Shown piece by piece: positions 8,132 through 15,872 of a DNA stretch of 32,000 nucleotides. Position numbers and translations under genes: made by a program. Numbering within the stretch: position 1 is the stretch's first letter; every line of letters starts with the position of its first letter. This stretch comes from Pyrodictium occultum (GTDB lineage: Archaea > Thermoproteota > Thermoprotei_A > Sulfolobales > Pyrodictiaceae): positions 1 through 32,000 of the forward strand of contig NZ_LNTB01000001.1 in NCBI RefSeq assembly GCF_001462395.1. Direction: 5' to 3'. Below the pieces are notes generated by a model. That model was not told the origin of the DNA. It made no database searches and saw only the letters and a program-made list of their open reading frames with translations.

Positions 8132-9484
8132 TCACCGCCACCGTGACCCGGCTACCCTGGCCCAGGGCATGTAGACGCCCGGGTAGGCCTTCTCCACTAG
8201 CTTGCCCAGCGCCTCTAGGCTGTCCCGCATCTCCCGGTAGAAGTTGCCGGAGAGCACCGCTCCGGGCACCCATCCCCTGGGCTCCCCGTTCTCGTAGTAG
8301 ATGGCTGGGTTGGCTAGGACGCTGTACTCCCCAGTATCGCTGCTCGCGGTATGGGCGCCCTGGACCTGGTGTATCACTAGCACGCGGCCCTCCAGCAGCT
8401 CCTCAGGGGCCGCGTCGCCCGGCTCAACTACCACGTTGGTGAAGCCGGGCATGGGCTTGGACGTGTAGCCGCTCCTAGCAGCGTTACCGGTGCTGGCCTT
8501 GCCGGCGCGCCTGCCCCAGTAGCTGTCGAACACGAAGCCCTTGACCACGCCCTTCTCGACCAGGATCTTGCGGGACGTGGCCACCCCCTCGCCGTCAAAC
8601 CTCCAGGTGGCGTCGCCGCCCTTCATGGTGCCATCGTCGACTATCGTAACCTTCTCCGAGAGCGCCTGGGAGCCCAGCTTGTCGCCGTAGTAGCTCCTAC
8701 CCTGCACGTAGATGTCGCCGCGGAGGGAGTAGAGGACAGTAGCCTCCATGAGCTCCGCGAGCACCTTGGGGGAGAGGACGAGCGTGTACCTGCCCGTCTC
8801 CAGGCCGCTGTACACGCGGGTGCAGAGCCTGGCGGTATCAGCGGCCCTCTCCACCACCCGGCCACCATCGGGTATTGCCACCCTGCTGGAGTCGAACTCG
8901 TATATCATCGGTGTTGTGGCCCCATCCCTCCTCATAACTACCCCCGCGTACACGTGAGCCGTTGTGCCTACATCAACCCGGTACACTCCGTTAGTGTTCA
9001 CCACCACGCGCTCGACCACGTAGACGCTGACGCCGCCGCGGCCGAGCACGAGGCCCTTGATTCCGGAGGCCTTCTCCAGCATCCCACGGGCGTGCTCGAC
9101 CACCGTGCCGGGCGAGACGCGGGCCAGAACTGGGCTGTATATGCCACCGGGCTCGGCGTACCGGCTACTGGGCTCCGGGAAGCCCTGCCACCACCGGTCC
9201 TCAGGGGAGGCCCTAGCCTGCTTGACCGCCCTCCTCGCCGCCTCCCTCACACCGGCCGGGTCCATCCCGGTAGTGTAGGAGAAGCCCACCCTCTTGCCCA
9301 CAGCCACCCTTATCCCCACGCCCACGTCGTCGATGGCTTCGACAGCCTCTATAGCGTTGGTTCTTATGCTCACGCTATAGCCGCGAGACGAGCTTACATA
9401 GACCTCGGCCTCGGACGCGCCCTCCCTCATAGCCCAGCGGGCCGCCATTACCGCCAGCTCGGCCGGGGCTATGCGGCTGGACAC
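8132..9484 (-). CDS. pmbA: PmbA/TldE-type partner subunit of the TldD/PmbA (peptidase U62) metalloprotease
   Basis: 450-aa ORF with family-wide TldD/PmbA resemblance: an N-terminal 'ASEAEVYVSSSRGYSVSIR...VGIRV' and a C-terminal Gly-rich beta region. It lacks the HExxxH of TldD. It lies 71 nt downstream of the tldD-type gene. GTG start. Confidence 0.82.
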   Translation of the reverse strand: MSSRIAPAELAVMAARWAMREGASEAEVYVSSSRGYSVSIRTNAIEAVEAIDDVGVGIRVAVGKRVGFSYTTGMDPAGVREAARRAVKQARASPEDRWWQGFPEPSSRYAEPGGIYSPVLARVSPGTVVEHARGMLEKASGIKGLVLGRGGVSVYVVERVVVNTNGVYRVDVGTTAHVYAGVVMRRDGATTPMIYEFDSSRVAIPDGGRVVERAADTARLCTRVYSGLETGRYTLVLSPKVLAELMEATVLYSLRGDIYVQGRSYYGDKLGSQALSEKVTIVDDGTMKGGDATWRFDGEGVATSRKILVEKGVVKGFVFDSYWGRRAGKASTGNAARSGYTSKPMPGFTNVVVEPGDAAPEELLEGRVLVIHQVQGAHTASSDTGEYSVLANPAIYYENGEPRGWVPGAVLSGNFYREMRDSLEALGKLVEKAYPGVYMPWARVAGSRWR

Positions 9485-9555
9485 CTCTCAGCACCCCTCC
9501 AGGGCCTGGTCTAGGAGACGCACGGCACGGGGTAAATGGGGAGGGCCAGGGGAGC

Positions 9556-10920
9556 CTACTCGCGGCCGCCCATGGTCATGCTGCGGACCCTCACATGGGG
9601 GCCGCCGTCGGAGACGTAGACTAGCTGGCCCTTGCCGCAGCGGCCATAGAAGAGGCCGAAGTCCTTGGCCACAGCGTCTATTCTTAGGAGGGTCTCCAGA
9701 GTGTTCCCGACTATGCTTAGGTTGCGGACGGGCGCCCCTATCTCCCCCTTGACTATCTCGAAGGCCTCCTCCACGCCCACCTGGAAGCTGCCGTCGATAT
9801 TGGTCTGGCCCCCGCCCGTGGAGACTACATAGTAGCCGAAGTCTATGTCCTCGAAGAGCTCCTCCACGCTATGGTCGCCTGGGAGCATTACAGTGTTCCT
9901 CATCCTCACCAGGGGAGGGTATCGGAAGGACTCCGCGCGGGCATTGCCGGTCGGGTCCTCCCCCAGCATGGCAGCGTGTATCCTATCCGTCATTATCTGG
10001 CGGTGTATGCCCTTCTCCACTATCACCGCCTTAGCCGTGCGGACGCCCTCATCGTCGTAGCGGATGGTGCCGAACCCGTCGTCGATATCGGGGTCGTCCA
10101 CTATGGTTACCGAGCTGGACGCCACCTGCTGGCCCTTCTTGCCCTGGAGCGCGCTGCCCGCCGCCACCAGGTCCGCCTCGGCCAGGTGTCCGAAGGCCTC
10201 GTGGACGAACACGCCGAGGGCCTCGGGGGCTATGACGACGGGGAAGCTGCCCGCCCGGGGCGTCTTAGCACGCAGCTGCCGCTGCAGCCTGCCAAGGAGC
10301 TCCTCTGCAACCTTCTCCTGCGGCGCCTTCTCCCAGAGAATATAGCCCTTTATAGTACCCTTGTTCACGTGGGCGGAGCCCCTGACCCCCGCCTCCTCGC
10401 CGAAGGCGGAGGCGTAGAGGTAGGCTAGCTCCCTGCGCTCGCCCAGCAGCCTCTCCTCTGTGCTAGCATAGTAGCGCTCCTCCACCCTCTCATGGTAGAC
10501 GAGCGTCCTCGACTTGACGAAGCTCTTCTCGGCCACCAGCTTGTCCAGCTCAGTCACGTCCCTCAGCTTCACGTCTACGGGTACATCCTCTACGCTCCTC
10601 TTCACCGGGTGCTCGTGGAAGTCCTCGGCCGGGTCGAGGAGGAGGGGCTTGGGCTGCTTCCCGGGGGCGGCTCGGGCTAGGGAGTAGGCCTGCTCGAGGG
10701 CGCGGCGTAGAGAGTCCAGGTTGATCCTGGTGGTGAAGGCGAAGCCTATGGACCCGTTAACGTAGACCCTCACGGCCGCACCGTAGTCGGTGCCGGAGGA
10801 GACCGTGTAGACGCCGTTTCTAGCCTCTATCCTGGTGAACCTGGTGCGCTCGAGCCTTATCTCGGCGAACTCCGCCCCAAGCCTCGAGGCGTAGGAGACT
10901 GCCGAGGATAGTAGGTCCAT
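9556..10920 (-). CDS. tldD: TldD-type zinc metalloprotease
   Basis: Motifs 'VFVHEAFGHLAEAD' (metal site), 'GNARAESF' and 'GRCGKGQ'. The long ORF reaches 11022, but the usual N-terminus 'MDLLSSAVSYASRLGAEFAEIRLE' begins at ATG 10920 (GTG 10932 is also possible). The strongest TATA-like box lies inside the putative extension. Confidence 0.86.
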   Translation of the reverse strand: MDLLSSAVSYASRLGAEFAEIRLERTRFTRIEARNGVYTVSSGTDYGAAVRVYVNGSIGFAFTTRINLDSLRRALEQAYSLARAAPGKQPKPLLLDPAEDFHEHPVKRSVEDVPVDVKLRDVTELDKLVAEKSFVKSRTLVYHERVEERYYASTEERLLGERRELAYLYASAFGEEAGVRGSAHVNKGTIKGYILWEKAPQEKVAEELLGRLQRQLRAKTPRAGSFPVVIAPEALGVFVHEAFGHLAEADLVAAGSALQGKKGQQVASSSVTIVDDPDIDDGFGTIRYDDEGVRTAKAVIVEKGIHRQIMTDRIHAAMLGEDPTGNARAESFRYPPLVRMRNTVMLPGDHSVEELFEDIDFGYYVVSTGGGQTNIDGSFQVGVEEAFEIVKGEIGAPVRNLSIVGNTLETLLRIDAVAKDFGLFYGRCGKGQLVYVSDGGPHVRVRSMTMGGRE

Positions 10921-10974
10921 TACCTCGCTCACTTCGGCGGCACCCCGTGGCGTATCGGGGCGAAGAAGCCCTCG

Positions 10975-10982
10975 TAATAAAA
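10975..10982 (-). promoter_or_regulatory. TATA-like box (TTTTATTA on the - strand) for tldD
   Basis: A/T octamer in otherwise GC-rich sequence. It would place a TSS near 10953, upstream of GTG 10932 / ATG 10920. Confidence 0.5.
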
Positions 10983-11056
10983 GGAGGGCCGGGCCCCGCC
11001 TGGCGGGGATGAAGGATGTCAAGGGCTGGGGCGTGGTGAGGCCGCGGCGCAGCCAG

Positions 11057-11066
11057 CCTAATTAGG
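11057..11066. promoter_or_regulatory. palindromic TATA-like element CCTAATTAGG
   Basis: Perfect 10-bp palindrome in the ~290-bp spacer upstream of the rhomboid gene. Its centre is about 26 nt upstream of ATG 11087. Confidence 0.4.
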
Positions 11067-11231
11067 CACGAGGCTCCAAGCGTCCAATGGGGCAGTGCAC
11101 GTACGGGGTGTGGCATCCTGGAGACTGGGGAGGCGCCGCGCCTGCCGCGTATAACCCGCGAGCTGCCCATAGCCGTCGAGGAGGAAGTACCCAGCCCCGA
11201 GGCCCCATGGGTAACGTACCTGCTGATAGCC

Positions 11232-12521
11232 TTGAACACGCTGGTCTACATTGTAACCTCGTGGCAAACCGGGTTCATGGCAAGCACTGAGTACTGGATA
11301 GTCAAGCTGGGCTTCGAGCCGGTCTACATGCTTCTAAACCCATACAGTGTCTACAAGATATTCACCGCCATGTTCACCCATGCTAACCTGCTGCACATAT
11401 TCTTCAACATGTACTTCCTCTACCTCTTCGGGAGGGCTGTCGAGAGGGCCCTGGGCCACGCCCGCTACCTGGCCCTCTACCTCCTCAGCGGGGTTATGGC
11501 CGCGCTCTTCCACACCGTGTTCATGTTCATACAGGACCCGAACGGGCTGGCTGTACCCAGCGTCGGGGCCAGCGGCGCTATAAGCGGCGTGCTGGGAGCC
11601 TACATGATACTGTTCCCGGGCACTAGGCTCGCAGCCTGCTTCTTCCTCTTCATCTTCCCGGTGTGCTTCGAGCTGCTGGCAGCCTACTACCTCGTCTTCT
11701 GGTTCGCGCTGCAGGTGCTGGAGGGCTACTTCTCCTCTACGTCAACCGTGGCCTTCTTCGCCCATGCTGGTGGCTTCATAGCCGGGATGGCCCTGCTGCC
11801 GCTCCTCGCAGACCGGGCCAGGCTAGAGGCGATGAGGCTCTACGCGGGGGCGAGGAGGCTCTTCGGCATAATAGTGTTCCTGCCCCAGTTCTACCGCCAC
11901 CGGGGCCTCAACGCGCCAACGAAGGCTGTGCTCCTAACGCTCATCGGCATGCTGCTTGCCGGCTCTGCGGCCGCCCTAGCGTTCACGGGTAGCACCCATA
12001 TAGAGTTCGCCAGCTACTCGATAGCATGGAGGCCCGGCGGCGGCACGGTGCACCAGGATATAGCCTTCCTGGGGGTTGCCAAGGCGCGGGAGCTGGCCAC
12101 GCCGCTTCTGGAGGCCACCCAGACGCTCCCAGCCCGTGTCCTCGTAAAGGCTCTCGAGTATAATGGGCTCCTCTACAACCCGAGGCTGGCTGGCAGCCAC
12201 CTGGTGCTCGGCAGCAAGCAGCTGAGGAGCGTGAAGGTAGAGGTGCCGGTCTCGCCATTCCAGACTGTTAGCGTCCTGGTGAAACCCTTCTACTTTGAGG
12301 GCAGGTATAACCAGGCCGGCTTCCTTGAGAACAGCTACACCCAGGCCACAGTGATAGCGATGGGTGAGCTTGCCAGCGTGGAGGCCAGACTGACGCTAAC
12401 CACCCTGAAGAGCCCGAAGCCCTTGATCGAGTCTATGGCGCTGCTAGCCGTTCTGACGAGCCTGGCTAGCATGTACGTGGTGGCCTACAGGGACGAGGAC
12501 TACGTTATAACGCCCGAGTAG
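11232..12521 (+). CDS. rhomboid-family intramembrane serine protease with a ~235-aa C-terminal extension; the 5' end is problematic
   Basis: Motifs 'FTHANLLHIFFNM' (TM2 H/N), 'GASGAISG' (GxSG catalytic Ser) and 'AHAGGFIAG' (catalytic His). TTG 11232 is the first canonical in-frame start, but it falls inside the sequence that encodes TM1 (see findings). ATG 11277 is also in frame. Confidence 0.85.
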   Translation: MNTLVYIVTSWQTGFMASTEYWIVKLGFEPVYMLLNPYSVYKIFTAMFTHANLLHIFFNMYFLYLFGRAVERALGHARYLALYLLSGVMAALFHTVFMFIQDPNGLAVPSVGASGAISGVLGAYMILFPGTRLAACFFLFIFPVCFELLAAYYLVFWFALQVLEGYFSSTSTVAFFAHAGGFIAGMALLPLLADRARLEAMRLYAGARRLFGIIVFLPQFYRHRGLNAPTKAVLLTLIGMLLAGSAAALAFTGSTHIEFASYSIAWRPGGGTVHQDIAFLGVAKARELATPLLEATQTLPARVLVKALEYNGLLYNPRLAGSHLVLGSKQLRSVKVEVPVSPFQTVSVLVKPFYFEGRYNQAGFLENSYTQATVIAMGELASVEARLTLTTLKSPKPLIESMALLAVLTSLASMYVVAYRDEDYVITPE

Positions 12522-12603
12522 CTCTTCCGGGGAGAAGCCTCCGGGGATGATGCGGGCCGTGAACCCCCACCCTTCCCCACCGGGGAGGGGATGGGGAGGT
12601 GTT

Positions 12604-13500
12604 TCAAGGCTGACCCCCTCCACCCTGCGGGTCCCCCGCAGTCTCCTCGAGCATGGCCTCTATCTCCCTGGCCAGCCTCGCCGCCCTAGCCGTGGCTTTC
12701 TCGACAGCATCTATCAGCGCCGACTTCATTCCCTTGCCCTCTATAATCTTTAGAGCCGTTATAGTGGTGCCCCCGGGCGTCGTTACCTCGTCACGCAGCT
12801 GGGCAGGGTGAACGGGCCTCGCGCGGAGGTACTCGGCCGTGCCTATGATGGACTCCAGCACCGCGTCGTAGGCCAGGTCCCGGGGGATCCCGACAGCCAG
12901 GGCGGCTAGGATCATCGAGTCTATGAACTCCGCTATTATCGCCGGCCCGGAGCCCGCCACGGCTGTCCAGGCGTCTATGAGCTGCTCGGGCAGCTCGTAT
13001 ACCCTGCCCATGCACGAGAGTATGCTCTTTACCAGCTCCTTGTACTGGGCCCCGGGAGGGGCCACTAACCCGGTGGCGCTCCTCTTCACCGCCGCGTTCA
13101 GGTTGGGCATGGCGCGGTAGACCTCTGCCCCGGGCAGGGTCTTCCTGAGGAGGCGGAGGGGGATGCCAGCCATTACGGATACCACAGGCTTCCCGGCCAC
13201 GTGGCCCTCTATCTGCCGGGCGAGGGCCGGGTACTGGTAGGGCTTCACTGCTATGAACACTGCCGAGGCCTTTCTGACGGCGTAGGCGTTGTCGCTCGTG
13301 GCCTCGAAGCCCTGCATGCGGAGCCTCTCTATCCTCTCCCTGCTACGGGCCGTGGCTATGACGTGCATGCCGCAGCTGGAGAAGGAGGAGGCCATTATAC
13401 TGCCTATCTTGCCCGCCCCGAGGACGGCTACAGTCAGGTCAGAGAGGCGGAACCTGCATCCCGCATGCACCGGGTGGCTGCCGGCCACCCGGGGGCTCAA
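12604..13500 (-). CDS. proC: pyrroline-5-carboxylate reductase
   Basis: Rossmann motif 'VAVLGAGKIGS' and the C-terminal P5CR signature region 'EVTTPGGTTITALKIIE'. 298 aa. The N-terminal ~20 aa may be over-extended. Confidence 0.85.
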   Translation of the reverse strand: MSPRVAGSHPVHAGCRFRLSDLTVAVLGAGKIGSIMASSFSSCGMHVIATARSRERIERLRMQGFEATSDNAYAVRKASAVFIAVKPYQYPALARQIEGHVAGKPVVSVMAGIPLRLLRKTLPGAEVYRAMPNLNAAVKRSATGLVAPPGAQYKELVKSILSCMGRVYELPEQLIDAWTAVAGSGPAIIAEFIDSMILAALAVGIPRDLAYDAVLESIIGTAEYLRARPVHPAQLRDEVTTPGGTTITALKIIEGKGMKSALIDAVEKATARAARLAREIEAMLEETAGDPQGGGGQP

Positions 13501-13521
13501 TATAAGGTGCTCGGGGCCCTC

Positions 13522-14343
13522 TCAGCCTCCGGGGCCCAGGAGGAGCCTAGCAGCGGCCTCTGCGGCCTTTATGTGGAGGCCGCAGACACGGGGCTCGGCC
13601 ATACAGTCTATCTCCAGTACCACGCGCTTCAGGGCCTCGCTGTCCAGCATCCCGGCCTGGCTCCAGTCTATGGCGCCGGTGCCCGGGGGAGCGTGCTCGT
13701 CCCTCGTGCCGTCGTTGTCGTGGAGGTGTATGCATGCCATCATGTCGCCCAGGATCTCCGCCGCCCTGCCGGGGCTGTAGCCGTTGAGGTTCCCGTGGCC
13801 AGTGTCGTAGCACACCCTGAGCCTCGGGCTGGCCACGGAGCGTATGAGCGCCGCTAGCCGCTCCAGCCTGTTCCAGGGCCCGCTCCTGGAGGCGTTCTCT
13901 AGCGCCACGATGGAGAGGCCTTCGCGCTCGGAGTACTCGGCCAGCGCGGAGAATATCCTCTTGTTGAGCCACTCCACCCTATGGCTCCCCACGTGCTTGG
14001 CGGGCAGGGGGTGGAAGACTACCACCTCCACCCCGTAGCTGTAGGCCATGTCGAGCAGCAGCCTGGCCTCGGCCAGAGCCCGCTCAACCCCCTGGCCCAG
14101 GGGGAGGAGGAAGTAGTCCTCCCAGGGCGCGTGGAGGGTCACCGGGTCCGCGCCTAGCCTAGCCGCGGTGAGGAGGGCCCAGCGAAAGTGGCTGAGCACC
14201 GAGGGGTCGTCGACTCCGCTCCTCTCGAGGTTGGCGTAGTTCACGTCTATCCTCCTGAACCCCATGTCGTAGAGCCTCTCGACAGCCTCCGCTAAAGGCA
14301 GGCGGAGGGTGCGCGTAGACGCTATGAAGCCCGCCGCAGGCAA
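13522..14343 (-). CDS. sugar phosphate isomerase/epimerase (xylose isomerase-like TIM barrel) family protein
   Basis: Motifs 'TLHAPWED', 'VVVFHP', 'VALEN', 'VCYDTGHGNLNG' and 'IHLHDNDGTRDEHAPPGTGAIDW' are typical of the AP-endonuclease-2/xylose-isomerase-like fold. TTG start. Confidence 0.78.
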   Translation of the reverse strand: MPAAGFIASTRTLRLPLAEAVERLYDMGFRRIDVNYANLERSGVDDPSVLSHFRWALLTAARLGADPVTLHAPWEDYFLLPLGQGVERALAEARLLLDMAYSYGVEVVVFHPLPAKHVGSHRVEWLNKRIFSALAEYSEREGLSIVALENASRSGPWNRLERLAALIRSVASPRLRVCYDTGHGNLNGYSPGRAAEILGDMMACIHLHDNDGTRDEHAPPGTGAIDWSQAGMLDSEALKRVVLEIDCMAEPRVCGLHIKAAEAAARLLLGPGG

Positions 14344-14398
14344 GAGAGCTCTGCACCATCCTATCCAGCGCGGCCGCAGCCCCCCTTAGGTCTGGGGG

Positions 14399-15808
14399 CT
14401 AGACGCTTGTCTTAACGACCCCCGTGTATGCGCCTATCCTGCTTGTCAGCCTCGCGAAGCGGGCCTTAGCCCACAGCTCCTTTATAGACGAGGCACCGGC
14501 GTAGCCCAGCCCCGCCCTGACACCCTCCACGAACTCCAGCACCACGCGGCGCAGGGGGCCGCGGTACTCTACAAGCCCCTCGATGCCCTCCTCTACACGC
14601 TTAGCAGCCCTCGAGTAGCGGTCGGCCGCGAACCTCCTCTCCAGCGCCCCGCGGCTAGCCATGCCCCGGTAGGGCTTGTAGAGGCTCCCACCTATCCTCA
14701 GCAGGGGCGCCGCCGCCTCATCGGTGCCGGCGAGCATGTACCCCGTCATGACGGCCGAGGCCCCGGCGGCGAGCGCCTTCACCGCGTCGCCGGGGCCGCG
14801 AATACCGCCGTCAGCTATTATCGGGACCTCCTCGAGCCCTAGCCCCATCTCGCGGAGGGCGCCGCGGGCCTGCATCACCGCAAAGAGCGTGGGGGCCGCT
14901 ACCCCCGCCACCCCGCTCGTGGTGCAGATAGAGCCCCCGGCTATGCCCATCCGGAGCCCGTCAACCCTCTCCAGCCTCGTTATAGTGTCTATGACCCCCT
15001 CCCTGGTGCCCAGGTTGCCGGCCACAAAGTCCGATTCCAGGCTCTTTACTATCCTCCTCGCAGCCTCAAGCACGTTAACATTGTGGAAGTGCGCCACATC
15101 AGCCACCAGTATGTCGGCGAGCCCGTCGAGCGCCTCTATCCTCCTCGCGTCGAAGGGGGAGACCGCTGCCGCCGCACGGAGCCTGCCCTCCTCGTCCAGG
15201 GCGGGGCTGTAGACCGCCAGCGCCTCCTGCACCGTTATAGTGCCGAGAAACCTGCCTCCAAGGGTGACCGCCGCAGCGTCCCTCCTGCCGCGCTTAACCT
15301 CCTCCAGTGCCCTCGCCTCCTCGCCCACCTCGAAGACGGGGCCGGGCCGGGCCAGCTTCCCCACCGGCGTGCCGCAGCCGCATGACTCTAGATCCGAGAA
15401 CTCGGCGTAGCCCTTCACCGCGCCCGACGAGTCGACGAGGGGGAGCTGGCGGAGGCCAAGGCTCCTCATGTACTCTCTCACCCTGCAGCACTCATCGGCC
15501 TCGCCAGCGGCCGCGCTCGAGAGCTCCACGAGAGGGTGCTTCTTCACCATCTCGACGTGGCGGCGCTGCTCCTCCACCGGCATGTTCCTGTGTATAACGC
15601 CCACGCCGCCGAGCAGGGCGAGGGCTGCGGCGAGCCTCCACTCGCTCACAGTATCCATGGGTGCCGAGAGGAGGGGTATCCTCACCTGGACCCTGCGCGA
15701 CGCCTTGCTCGAGAGGTCCACCTGCCAGGGCTCTACGGGGCTAAGCCCGGGCAGGACGACGACGTCGTCGAAGCTGAGGGCCTCGTCCACCACACGGCTC
15801 TGCGCCAA
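14399..15808 (-). CDS. guaB: inosine-5'-monophosphate dehydrogenase (with CBS pair)
   Basis: Motifs 'ALSFDDVVVLPG', catalytic loop 'GIAGGSICTT' and an internal CBS-pair region. The long ORF reaches 15961, but the conserved N-terminus starts just before 'LSFDDV'. TTG 15808 or GTG 15793 are the plausible starts. Confidence 0.9.
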   Translation of the reverse strand: MAQSRVVDEALSFDDVVVLPGLSPVEPWQVDLSSKASRRVQVRIPLLSAPMDTVSEWRLAAALALLGGVGVIHRNMPVEEQRRHVEMVKKHPLVELSSAAAGEADECCRVREYMRSLGLRQLPLVDSSGAVKGYAEFSDLESCGCGTPVGKLARPGPVFEVGEEARALEEVKRGRRDAAAVTLGGRFLGTITVQEALAVYSPALDEEGRLRAAAAVSPFDARRIEALDGLADILVADVAHFHNVNVLEAARRIVKSLESDFVAGNLGTREGVIDTITRLERVDGLRMGIAGGSICTTSGVAGVAAPTLFAVMQARGALREMGLGLEEVPIIADGGIRGPGDAVKALAAGASAVMTGYMLAGTDEAAAPLLRIGGSLYKPYRGMASRGALERRFAADRYSRAAKRVEEGIEGLVEYRGPLRRVVLEFVEGVRAGLGYAGASSIKELWAKARFARLTSRIGAYTGVVKTSV

Positions 15809-15852
15809 CAGCCCTGCCCCATGTAGCCCCGGGGGCTCCAGGGAGTCGGGGC

Positions 15853-15861
15853 TAATAATAT
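15853..15861. promoter_or_regulatory. single A/T-rich TATA-like element (TAATAATAT) in the guaB/guaA divergent spacer
   Basis: It is the only A/T-rich stretch between the two conserved N-termini. It is near-symmetric and could serve either direction. Confidence 0.45.
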
Positions 15862-15872
15862 CCGGGTGGCGG

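Noticed and set aside
9529-9552. G-quadruplex-type motif GGGG-taaat-GGGG-a-GGG-cca-GGGG in the tldD/pmbA spacer
   Set aside because: It fits the G3+N1-7 x4 pattern, but such runs are expected by chance in GC-rich spacers that are full of G/C runs. I cannot test enrichment without the genome.
10921-11022. 34-aa N-terminal extension of tldD
   Set aside because: The conserved TldD N-terminus starts at ATG 10920, and the best TATA-like box (10975..10982) lies inside the extension.
11087-11290. 67-aa ORF as an independent small gene upstream of or overlapping the rhomboid gene
   Set aside because: Its Gly/Pro/Arg/His-rich translation has no features. It is more parsimoniously the out-of-frame 5' part of the rhomboid gene (see finding). 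A leaderless small protein cannot be excluded.
12570-12590. 9-bp hairpin CCCTTCCCC-acc-GGGGAGGGG (one G-U pair) and the direct repeat TCCGGGGA (12526..12533, 12539..12546) between the convergent rhomboid and proC genes
   Set aside because: Short GC hairpins and repeats are easily produced by composition. Archaeal termination relies on oligo-T rather than hairpins. No further support.
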